Shown here piece by piece: positions 9,856 through 19,675 of a DNA stretch of 32,000 bases. The DNA lies in NCBI RefSeq assembly GCF_003336745.1, contig NZ_KZ851833.1, positions 65,454-97,453 on the forward strand, given 5' to 3'. The stretch's first letter is position 1. Each line of letters opens with the position of its first letter. Source of the DNA: Thermus caldifontis. Its GTDB lineage: Bacteria; Deinococcota; Deinococci; Deinococcales; Thermaceae. Position numbers and translations under genes: made by a program. A model generated the notes under the pieces. It was not told where the DNA came from. It was given only the letters and a program-made list of their open reading frames with translations, and did no database searches.

Positions 9856-10696
9856 GAGAAGAGACTACATCACCCCACTTCTCCCGTAAAACCTCATGGG
9901 GAGGAACCCCCCGGCGATATGCATCAGCGAGCTCGCGCATGGAGAGGAATGGCAACCCATCCGACGGACGGAAACGCCCCTGTAGGCGAGAAGCATCCCA
10001 CCTCAAACCCATCCGGTCCATGATGGCACGGCGTTTAGGGTCCAGTTCCCGTTGAAGCCGGACAATGGGGGGCTCAAAAATAGCGTGGGTATCATAGCAA
10101 CTAGCAGCCAGAGGGTCCAGGATAACGATGCTATTACGAGCCACGCCCTCAAACACGCCCCGGGTAGTGCGCTGCATTATGCCCAACGACTCATCCATGA
10201 TAGCGGTATAGCGCAGGACAGGACGACCACGAGCCCAGGGACGAAGGAGCAGACGCAACCAAAACGGTGCCGGACGAGCCCAGAAAACATTAGCAACGAG
10301 TTCCCGCACGATTGCATCGACAGAACCATACCGCTGGGTAGCTAAATATACGTCGACGCCGACCTTCCGATGTTGCGACCAGAACGCTATCACCTCCACC
10401 GGAATCAGGTCAAACTGCCTAGACGGCAACCACATATGGGCCTCATCAAACAGGAGAACCCCATCATGGACGTTCAACAACTCAGCATAATCCCGAATCT
10501 CACGGATCATGTCAGCACGCAAGACGGCGTCACGATGCGATAACCTAGCACGCCGACGGAGCCACAGATAAACACGCTCCGGAATCAGACCGAAGTTCGC
10601 ATAGACACGCCGACCCGCCTTAAGAGCCTCCAGACCCTTGATAACCAAGGCGTACGACTTGCCTGAACCGGGCACACCCACGAACGCCTCTATCAT
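9746..10696 (-). CDS. Zot / pI-like P-loop assembly ATPase
   Basis: MIEAFVGVPGSGKSYALV (Walker A at the extreme N-terminus, typical of the Zot family) and VLLFDEAHMW (Walker B). ATGA overlap with the upstream pVI-like gene at 10693-10696. Confidence 0.85.
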   Translation of the reverse strand: MIEAFVGVPGSGKSYALVIKGLEALKAGRRVYANFGLIPERVYLWLRRRARLSHRDAVLRADMIREIRDYAELLNVHDGVLLFDEAHMWLPSRQFDLIPVEVIAFWSQHRKVGVDVYLATQRYGSVDAIVRELVANVFWARPAPFWLRLLLRPWARGRPVLRYTAIMDESLGIMQRTTRGVFEGVARNSIVILDPLAASCYDTHAIFEPPIVRLQRELDPKRRAIMDRMGLRWDASRLQGRFRPSDGLPFLSMRELADAYRRGVPPHEVLREKWGDVVSSHESAPPHALNRSPLDPVPSLSADEEAFDWSRVSWSG

Positions 10697-11124
10697 CGGC
10701 CACCCCGGATGAAGGTAATGATGCGCCAAATAGCCATTAAGCCATAAAACGTACCCCAGAGGCTAAACGCCAGGATAGCATCGGAAACGGGCAGAATACG
10801 GTCAGCAACAGAAAACGCAGGCACGATAGGGTTGATGGCATCCAACAGAACAGTAGGAACAGGAGGAAGAAGAGAAGCCAGGAAAGTCAGAAGCTTTATA
10901 GGCAACACTAGAAGGACACCCAGGATGGAAAACAGAGCAGAGATAGCCCAGGTTAAAAACTCAATAAACCAGTTCCACGCAGTAGCCAGGACGGCGTCTA
11001 CGACAGACCACACCCACCGCAGAACGCCCGTAACAACAGCCCACAACCAGGCAAAAAAGCCAGCGACAGTACCGGCCAGCCACTGGAACAGCTCCAGGAG
11101 GCCCTCAACAATAGCCGCCATCAT
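10693..11124 (-). CDS. pVI-like multi-TM minor virion/assembly protein (143 aa)
   Basis: Very hydrophobic, Trp-rich, with 3-4 predicted TM helices. It sits between the pIII-like gene and zot, as gene VI does in Ff. GGGAGGTGG lies immediately upstream of ATGATG. Confidence 0.5.
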   Translation of the reverse strand: MMAAIVEGLLELFQWLAGTVAGFFAWLWAVVTGVLRWVWSVVDAVLATAWNWFIEFLTWAISALFSILGVLLVLPIKLLTFLASLLPPVPTVLLDAINPIVPAFSVADRILPVSDAILAFSLWGTFYGLMAIWRIITFIRGGR

Positions 11125-11163
11125 CCACCTCCCGACTAACCCCTTCCGCCCCCCACGGCCAGG

Positions 11164-11314
11164 GTACTGGGGGCGGGGACCCCGCCGTCAAGGGTGCAGA
11201 GCAGCCCGCGGGCTGCCCCTGCATGTCCAAACCCCGTCCTCCAACACCGGTAAACGTGCGTGATGGAGGGCAGCCCGCGGCCCAAGCCCTTGACGGCACC
11301 CCGCCCCAGAGTAC
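11164..11314. repeat. long imperfect inverted repeat (about 60-nt arms, 36-nt loop) in a GC-rich intergenic region of the prophage
   Basis: The left arm 11164-11225 aligns with the reverse complement of 11262-11314. Matching blocks are GTACT, GGGGCGGGG, GCCGTCAAGGG and CCGCGGGCTGCCC. The left arm contains the perfect palindrome GCAGCCCGCGGGCTGC; the right arm carries a related imperfect copy (GGCAGCCCGCGGCCC). 11161-11220 is 77% G+C. Confidence 0.75.
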
Positions 11315-11357
11315 CGAACAGTTAAGGGGGCGGAAGGGGAAGAAAGGGCTCATGGCA

Positions 11358-13022
11358 TCACCCCTGGACATCCAGACCACGACGGACCATGAGGAGGACG
11401 AAGGAGAGCCACAGCAACCCCGCCAGGATGGGGCGGAACGACTCGGCCGTCTGGAAAAAGGGCGTCTCGCACGGGCTAATCGTCGCCCGGACTGGACCGA
11501 GAGGGACATCAAACGTGCACTGGGCACCCTCCCGACTCACCGATACCCGGCTCAACGCCAACACGATACCAAACGGAAACTTATCCGCTAGGACCGATTT
11601 CAACTCACGGATAGCCTGCTGCCACCGCTGAACTACCTGCTCCTCCCAGGGTTGGAGCAAACGATCCAACTCAGGCAACGGCTGGCGCTCAACCTCCCTG
11701 GTAGGGAACTCCACCTCTTTCAAACCCGGGACAGGAGGACCGCCCGGCCATTGAGAGTCCTCAGGTTGCTCCTCCGGTTCAGCCTCAGGACGGCTCTCGG
11801 GAGAGTACGGGTCCGTACCCGACTCAATTTCCTTCCAATCGGGAACGCTATCTCCATCCGTATCCTGGTTATACGGAAGCTGATACGGGAACTCATTGGG
11901 GTTACTCGGGTCGGTACCCCGCTTTATCTCGTCGGCATCCGGCCAGCCATCCCCATCCGTATCCGTAGACGGTGCTGGCCGACGACTAGGATGACTGTTG
12001 GGGTCATAGGGGTTAGTCCCTACCTGGACCTCCTCCAGCGTGGTATACCCATCCCCATCAGGGTCCGCATAGGGGTCAGGATACTCATTCGGATTATTTA
12101 TGACGTCCGGCCACGGGACTCCGCGGCGATTCGCCTCCTCCCACTCCACCCAATCCGGGAACCCATCACCGTCCGTATCAATATCACGCCTAGTAAACGG
12201 GTTATCGGTCCACTGGTTAGGGTTTGGGACAGGGTCCAACTGCACGCCCGGCCATGGCTGTGCCATAGACGACGGCTCATGGGCATCCAGATAGCTCGTA
12301 ACCACGTTTTTGATACCCTCAGCTGCACTGGGTTGCTGCTGCAACCACTGATCCAAATCCGGTTTGTCCTCAGACGACACCAGGACATCCTCAGCCCATG
12401 AGAGGTCCTGCAAAAACCTCTGCTGGTCCTGGGACCGCACACCGTTCACCAACGACGACCTAGGCGGCACCCAAATATAATCCTGTGCCCAAACACCCAA
12501 CTGATTCTTCACATATCGGTGCGCATACGCCCTGGCATCCTCTGCAGGACACTCCACGGGTGTTTTAGACCACCCGTTAGGGCTATAGTGATCCACCCAG
12601 CCATCCGTCCTACCGGACACGTACAAGGAAAACCTAAACTTGTACTTACAGGAGTATACCGTCGACGACCCAGACCCCTGGGACACGGGATAGGCCTGAT
12701 ACTGGCCAGCAGCAGCCCAAACCGTGGGCGCCCAGTAATACCAATCATCCAATGGGGTACCCGTATCCCGACGCGCAATGTCATAAAACCAATGCAGAGC
12801 ACCCGACACCAACGCGGCACCCAGGAGCACGCCCCCCGTCCACCGCACATATCGGCCTACCGTGGCCTGACGGCGAAACTGACGGTTAGACCACTCAATA
12901 ATCTCATCCAGGGTCATGCCCTGGACCACGCCCTTCACGGCATCACGAAACTGTTGGGAGGCAAGGGCGGACCCCCCACCCAGCGAGACAGCCAATACCA
13001 GGAGGAAGATCCGCCCCCACAT
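11358..13022 (-). CDS. pIII-like adsorption/minor coat protein with signal peptide, four DxDGDG calcium-binding-type repeats and a C-terminal membrane anchor (554 aa)
   Basis: N-terminus MWGRIFLLVLAVSLGGGSALASQ. Repeats are DTDGDGFPDW.., DPDGDGYTTLEEVQVGTNPYDPNS, DTDGDGWPDADEIKRGTDPSNPNE and DTDGDSVPDWKEIESGTDPYSPES. C-terminus FRPILAGLLWLSFVLLMVRRGL. The ATG lies 1 nt after the coat-gene stop. Confidence 0.65.
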   Translation of the reverse strand: MWGRIFLLVLAVSLGGGSALASQQFRDAVKGVVQGMTLDEIIEWSNRQFRRQATVGRYVRWTGGVLLGAALVSGALHWFYDIARRDTGTPLDDWYYWAPTVWAAAGQYQAYPVSQGSGSSTVYSCKYKFRFSLYVSGRTDGWVDHYSPNGWSKTPVECPAEDARAYAHRYVKNQLGVWAQDYIWVPPRSSLVNGVRSQDQQRFLQDLSWAEDVLVSSEDKPDLDQWLQQQPSAAEGIKNVVTSYLDAHEPSSMAQPWPGVQLDPVPNPNQWTDNPFTRRDIDTDGDGFPDWVEWEEANRRGVPWPDVINNPNEYPDPYADPDGDGYTTLEEVQVGTNPYDPNSHPSRRPAPSTDTDGDGWPDADEIKRGTDPSNPNEFPYQLPYNQDTDGDSVPDWKEIESGTDPYSPESRPEAEPEEQPEDSQWPGGPPVPGLKEVEFPTREVERQPLPELDRLLQPWEEQVVQRWQQAIRELKSVLADKFPFGIVLALSRVSVSREGAQCTFDVPLGPVRATISPCETPFFQTAESFRPILAGLLWLSFVLLMVRRGLDVQG

Positions 13023-13023
13023 A

Positions 13024-13164
13024 CTAGCCCTTGAGGAACTTCTTCGCGTAGCGCCAAGCAGCCGCAAGACCGATCGTCAACGCCAACACGGCCGCGCCTG
13101 CACCCGCGATAGCCAGAATATACTGAGTAACCGTATTAGCCACCTCTGCTGGCTCGAATCCCAT
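13024..13164 (-). CDS. inovirus major coat protein (pVIII-like, 46 aa); not in the ORF track
   Basis: Hand translation gives MGFEPAEVANTVTQYILAIAGAGAAVLALTIGLAAAWRYAKKFLKG: acidic N-terminus, one hydrophobic helix, basic C-terminus. It is preceded by AAAGGAGGTGAGGT. From memory it closely resembles the 46-aa coat protein of Thermus phage PH75. Confidence 0.85.
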   Translation of the reverse strand: MGFEPAEVANTVTQYILAIAGAGAAVLALTIGLAAAWRYAKKFLKG

Positions 13165-13210
13165 ACCTCACCTCCTTTCTGGACCTCCACGGGGTTAGCC
13201 CCGATTGTCC

Positions 13211-13312
13211 CTAGAGCCTCCTGAGCAGGTTCCGGAGGAACGCAGCCACAACACCAGCCGCAACCCCCCACCAAAAGGCCGTATAGAGCTCGGCCACATC
13301 AAACCCCTCCAT
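13211..13312 (-). CDS. small coat-like hydrophobic protein (33 aa, pVII/pIX-like)
   Basis: Hand translation gives MEGFDVAELYTAFWWGVAAGVVAAFLRNLLRRL: acidic N-terminus, TM helix, basic C-terminus. Position matches genes VII/IX of Ff. Confidence 0.5.
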   Translation of the reverse strand: MEGFDVAELYTAFWWGVAAGVVAAFLRNLLRRL

Positions 13313-13403
13313 AGAGCCTTCCCATGTACCGGTACGCCGCTAACAGAGCGTACGGGATACTAGCCAGACCCAGGAACCACCCGAACCATTCAACAGGGTT
13401 CAC
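13299..13403 (-). CDS. small hydrophobic protein (34 aa, pVII/pIX-like)
   Basis: The GTG start overlaps the upstream stop (GTGA) and follows GGGAGGTGA. Translation (V)NPVEWFGWFLGLASIPYALLAAYRYMGRLYGGV. Confidence 0.45.
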   Translation of the reverse strand: MNPVEWFGWFLGLASIPYALLAAYRYMGRLYGGV

Positions 13404-13492
13404 CAATCACCTCCCGACAGAAGACCCGCAATAACACCCAGCCCAAACGCAAAAACCAGCAGGCTTTGCCACAACTCAGGAGGAAGGAGCAT
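13400..13492 (-). CDS. small hydrophobic protein (30 aa)
   Basis: MLLPPELWQSLLVFAFGLGVIAGLLSGGDW. The ATG overlaps the 3' end of the pV-like gene. Confidence 0.4.
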   Translation of the reverse strand: MLLPPELWQSLLVFAFGLGVIAGLLSGGDW

Positions 13493-13778
13493 TTTCCTTC
13501 TTACCAGGTACCACAGGAGCCACCAGCGTAGCCCCCGTCACCAACGGCCGCACCTCATTAGGACGGCCATAACCATTGGCCACCGGCAGGTCCATGTCAA
13601 GCTTGTAAATGCCCGGGAACACGCGCATGGTATCCGCCACCTCAGGCAACGCCTCTAGTTCAGCAACTGCCAGCCCCCTCTGATTCGGGTTACGAGGAGT
13701 AGAAGCTACCGTAACCCTAGCGCCATGCGTCCCGTCTTTCCGCTGAAAGATGCTCACACCCAAAACCAGAATCTGCAT
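13476..13778 (-). CDS. putative ssDNA-binding protein (pV-like, 100 aa)
   Basis: ORF 13476..13808 trimmed to ATG 13778, which follows GGAGGTGCAGC. Size and position (directly after Rep, before the small coat genes) match gene V. No diagnostic motif was recognised. Confidence 0.4.
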   Translation of the reverse strand: MQILVLGVSIFQRKDGTHGARVTVASTPRNPNQRGLAVAELEALPEVADTMRVFPGIYKLDMDLPVANGYGRPNEVRPLVTGATLVAPVVPGKKENAPSS

Positions 13779-13788
13779 GCTGCACCTC

Positions 13789-15153
13789 CTAACCAGGAAC
13801 ACCACCAAACGCCCACTTTTCCGGCATCAACCCAACAGCTGCTAGTTTCCGTTGCCACGACCTCGTGTATGCCACCGATGCCTCTTTAGCCAGTCTCTCC
13901 CTTTCGTCCATATCCGAGCCCAACGCTCTGAACGCTCCTACCCACCAGTCCCGAAAGCTGACGTTAAACTTCGCCGCAGCCACTAGCGCCGTCAGAAACG
14001 CACCCATCGCCTGCTTCGCTAGCGCCACCGGATCAACCCGCCTGAACAGCCTATCCCGCACCAGTTTTCTCCTATCACCCCCCTCCCCAAAGGCCCGTTG
14101 TACACGGACCCATACAGGATCAACGGGAACATCACGCAGACGCCCATATCTGTGCGCCCTGTCCCCATCCCGCAACACCAACCACGCTCCCGTCAAATAC
14201 GCCCACACGGACGGCAACGCCCACAGGAACGTATCCCAGTCCCGCAAATCTGTCCCATCGCCCTCCACAACCATCTCCCGAAGGGCCTCGGTAGTCAACT
14301 GAAACTCCACCCGGACCACTTCCCGAAGCGGCTCATCGCCAAGCTCCTCATACATAGCCAGCAAATATCTAGTGGCCGGTTTAACCGTAGCCTCAACCGA
14401 TTTGGAATAGACCCTCGCCATCAATGGACCACGACCAAAAACAAATCCCGACCACTGACGACGGTACACGAATGCCGATGCCTGCTCCAGACCCTCCACC
14501 CACGACCCCGGAACCTCCAGTCGCTTTTGGGGGGGCGTGTTACTCATGGGCCCCTCCTGGGGGGCGGGCCCGGCTTCGCCGGGCTCCGCACCCCCCAGGG
14601 AGTAGAACCCCCTCACATGACTCCTGGACGTGAACCGGTGCAGGTCCTCAATCTGGAACGTCCCAGGCTCCACATCTATATCCACAAACACATCAGCACG
14701 GGATACCTGAACACGCTCAGGACGAACACCAGTAAGATTCTCAGCCGCCCTCAGCACCCACTCCACAACGGCGTTAGCATCCCTATCCGCATACAGCATG
14801 TAGGTCCCCGTGAACTCCACACGCATGGCCGGAAAGTCCCTGCGCTGCGTAGTATCCTTCACGGAGCTAAGGCGGACGAACACCAACCCCCCAAAGGACA
14901 GCTGCCAGGCATAGTGCCTAGTAGGCTGCACCACTGCCGCCTCAAACAAACGGTCATGGTCCGACGGATTCGGCAACGGAAAATAGGCATCAATCCCCCA
15001 GAAAATCGCACCCTCGGGGTCCCGACGATACAACTCCTTCAGGCTATCTAGCGTGTCCTCAATATCATCCGGCAGCTGATACGCACCGTCCGGCCAATAC
15101 AGATTAACGACCAGGGTGTCTATGCCGTACCCCAGGACCCTAGGAGAGCTCAT
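13789..15153 (-). CDS. rolling-circle replication initiator (pII / Phage_CRI-like), 454 aa
   Basis: The N-terminus MSSPRVLGYGIDTLVVNLYWPDG resembles the fd gene II N-terminus (MIDMLVLRLPF...). It is the first gene of the inovirus module. The family assignment needs a profile search. Confidence 0.55.
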   Translation of the reverse strand: MSSPRVLGYGIDTLVVNLYWPDGAYQLPDDIEDTLDSLKELYRRDPEGAIFWGIDAYFPLPNPSDHDRLFEAAVVQPTRHYAWQLSFGGLVFVRLSSVKDTTQRRDFPAMRVEFTGTYMLYADRDANAVVEWVLRAAENLTGVRPERVQVSRADVFVDIDVEPGTFQIEDLHRFTSRSHVRGFYSLGGAEPGEAGPAPQEGPMSNTPPQKRLEVPGSWVEGLEQASAFVYRRQWSGFVFGRGPLMARVYSKSVEATVKPATRYLLAMYEELGDEPLREVVRVEFQLTTEALREMVVEGDGTDLRDWDTFLWALPSVWAYLTGAWLVLRDGDRAHRYGRLRDVPVDPVWVRVQRAFGEGGDRRKLVRDRLFRRVDPVALAKQAMGAFLTALVAAAKFNVSFRDWWVGAFRALGSDMDERERLAKEASVAYTRSWQRKLAAVGLMPEKWAFGGVPG

Positions 15154-15160
15154 GAGTCCG

Positions 15161-16273
15161 TTATAAGAGGGAGTGTACCAGACTTATGGGGGTTCCCCGG
15201 GTCAGGCGGGGGGTGGGAAGGCCCAGGGCCCGGTAGCCTCCCCGGGTTAGGGCCCGGACCAGGAGCCGGGGTTCCGCCTTCCCCCAGAGGGATAGCGCCT
15301 CGTTTTTCACGTCCAGGTCAGGGCTGCTGGCCCGGGAGTCCGTGCCCAGGGCCAGCTCTACCCCGTGGCGGGCGTAAAGCCCCAAGGGGGCTTCCCCCAC
15401 TTGGAGGTTCCCGTTGGACCGGGGGCATAGGACCACCTTGCTGCCCGAATCCGCCACCATCCGCACCTCTTCCTCATCCACGTGTACCCCGTGCACCAAA
15501 ACGGTATCGGGCCCCAGGACACCAAGGGTCTGGAGATAGCGCACGGGGGTGAGGCCCGGGGCCTTCCAGGGGGTTCGGCTAAAGCGCCGGTACACCCCGG
15601 CCAGGGGGCCTTCCCCCGTCCTCAGGAAGGCCACCTCCTCCCGGCTTTCCGCGGCGTGGACCATGAGGGGAAGGCCCTGGGTGTGGGCGTAGTGGGCTAG
15701 TTTCTGCAGGAGGGGAGGGCTCACCGAGTAGGGGGCATGCGGGGAAAGGCCTATCCTGACCCGCCCTTCCCTCTTGCGCCAGGCTTCCACCTTGGCCCTC
15801 ACCTTCTGGAACATCTCCTCCGCATCCTGGGGATCCGGGGCGAAGACCTCGTAAAAGGCTATGCCGGGCAAAGGGCTTTCCTGGAGGAGAAACTCCATCA
15901 CCTCGTCCTGGAAGACGATGTCCGCAAAGGCGCCCACCCCGCTTTGCACCAGCTCCTCGAGGCCCCTTTGCGCCGCCCTAAGCTCCCGCTTTTCCCGGTG
16001 GGCCACCACGTGGGGAATGAAGCCGGAAAAGGGCCCTTGATAAAGGGGATGCAGGGAGAGATCCAGGTGGGTGTGGGCGTTCACGGGGGGTGGGAAGAGG
16101 GCTTTTCCCTTGTGGATCACCTCCGCCTGGGGAAAGCGGGCCTTTAGTTCCTCCAGGCTTCCCTGGCCCACCACCGTGCCCCCTTGCACGGCGAGGGCTC
16201 CATGGAGCATGGGGGTGCCGAAGCCGGTGTACACCACTTCGGCGGTCCAGAGCTCAGTCTTTAGCCAGAACAT
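15161..16273 (-). CDS. amidohydrolase-superfamily metallohydrolase (ATZ/TRZ, nucleoside-deaminase-like subgroup), 370 aa
   Basis: VNAHTHLDLS (HxH), HAAES, VHGVH and LGTDS metal/catalytic motifs. Start trimmed to ATG 16273, overlapping the GNAT stop. The last ~8 codons and the stop are encoded by phage-like low-GC DNA. Confidence 0.7.
   Translation of the reverse strand: MFWLKTELWTAEVVYTGFGTPMLHGALAVQGGTVVGQGSLEELKARFPQAEVIHKGKALFPPPVNAHTHLDLSLHPLYQGPFSGFIPHVVAHREKRELRAAQRGLEELVQSGVGAFADIVFQDEVMEFLLQESPLPGIAFYEVFAPDPQDAEEMFQKVRAKVEAWRKREGRVRIGLSPHAPYSVSPPLLQKLAHYAHTQGLPLMVHAAESREEVAFLRTGEGPLAGVYRRFSRTPWKAPGLTPVRYLQTLGVLGPDTVLVHGVHVDEEEVRMVADSGSKVVLCPRSNGNLQVGEAPLGLYARHGVELALGTDSRASSPDLDVKNEALSLWGKAEPRLLVRALTRGGYRALGLPTPRLTRGTPISLVHSLL
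15179..15183. repeat. right junction copy of the CAGAC direct repeat
   Basis: ...GGAGTGTAC CAGAC TTATGGGGGTTCCCCGGG... The composition returns to GC-rich host sequence a few nt further on. Confidence 0.5.
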
Positions 16274-17008
16274 ACCGGTTGGGGTGCCGCACAAAGTCCA
16301 CCGCCCGAAAGCCCCGGGCAAAGTAGTGGCCGAGGACCTGGCGGCTGTGTTCCCGCCAGCTAAGGGCTAAGGTGGGATCCTCTTTTAGGATCCTCCCCCA
16401 GTCCTCGGGGATCTGGAAAAGGAGGCGGGGAGCCTCGAGGTCCAAGAAGGCTTCCTGGGGCCTATCCCCCTCCACCCGGTTGGCCTGGGGTAGCCCCTCT
16501 ACCTCGGCTTCGGGAGGAGGGGCGTAGATGCGGGTGTAGACCCTTTCCGAAAGGAGTTCCCACTCCGCCAGGAGCCGATCCGAAGGGGCTCCAGCGTTGA
16601 TGCCCGTCATGGGGCCATAGTGGTCGGGAAGGTAGGTCCTGGCCGTGGCCCCCAGCTTCCTCAGGTTGAAGTTGGCGTTCACCCCCCTCAAGGGATCAAA
16701 GGTCCAGACCACCTTCCTAATCCCCCGGACCAGGCACCAGTCCCGCTGGAAGCGCTTTAGCAGGAGGGCTGCCCCCGTGCCCCGGTAGGCTTCCAGGACC
16801 CCCAGCATGTGGGAGTGCTGGAGGGTGGGGTCCTGGGTGGGAAAGCCGAAGACGAAGCCCACCATCTTGCCTTCCCAGAAAGCCCCCGCCACCAAGCCCC
16901 CTTCGTCCTGGACGGCGATGAGAAGGCCTCTTGGCACCAGGTCGCTCTCCGCGCGGCCCCAGACCTCCCGCTGGAGCTCCACCACGGCCTCCATCTCCTC
17001 GGGTCCTC

Positions 17009-17036
<28 letters not shown>
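16254..17036 (-). CDS. GNAT-fold N-acyltransferase (260 aa)
   Basis: ORF 16254..17261 trimmed to ATG 17036 (MAEVHVRELRGPEEMEAVVELQREVWG). Acyl-CoA motif-A-like LEAYRGTGAALLLK. The ORF-track N-terminal extension is a Gly/Arg/Pro-rich artefact overlapping the upstream gene. Confidence 0.55.
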
Positions 17037-19649
<2,613 letters not shown>

Positions 19650-19675
19650 GTCCCGCATTTTACCTTGCGGAAGCC

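Larger units (their letters stand above)
8522..15190 (-). mobile_element. integrated filamentous phage (inovirus) prophage, PH75-like, with a terminal IS110-family recombinase; boundaries approximate
   Basis: Abrupt composition change. Spot counts are 53% G+C in 10381-10440 and 57% in 8701-8760, against 78% in host 7381-7440. All genes lie on the minus strand in Ff order (Rep, pV-like, 3 tiny TM proteins, 46-aa coat, pIII-like, pVI-like, Zot, recombinase). CAGAC is present at both junctions. Confidence 0.85.

Noticed and set aside
11105-11591. ORFs 11105..11527 (-) and 11223..11591 (+) across the prophage intergenic hairpin
   Set aside because: Both are Arg/Pro/Gly-rich, overlap the pIII-like 3' end, and span the inverted repeat. 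They are better explained as noncoding structured DNA.
13077-13274. 65-aa minus-strand ORF listed in the track
   Set aside because: It is in a different frame from, and overlapping, the 46-aa coat gene and the 33-aa coat-like gene. Those two have strong SDs and textbook inovirus coat architecture, whereas this translation is Cys/Trp/Gly-rich.
11652-15051. Long plus-strand ORFs inside the prophage (11652..12401, 12519..13034, 14098..15051 and others)
   Set aside because: They are antisense to the pIII-like and Rep genes, with Arg/Ile/Pro/His-rich, repetitive translations. All credible phage genes are on the minus strand.
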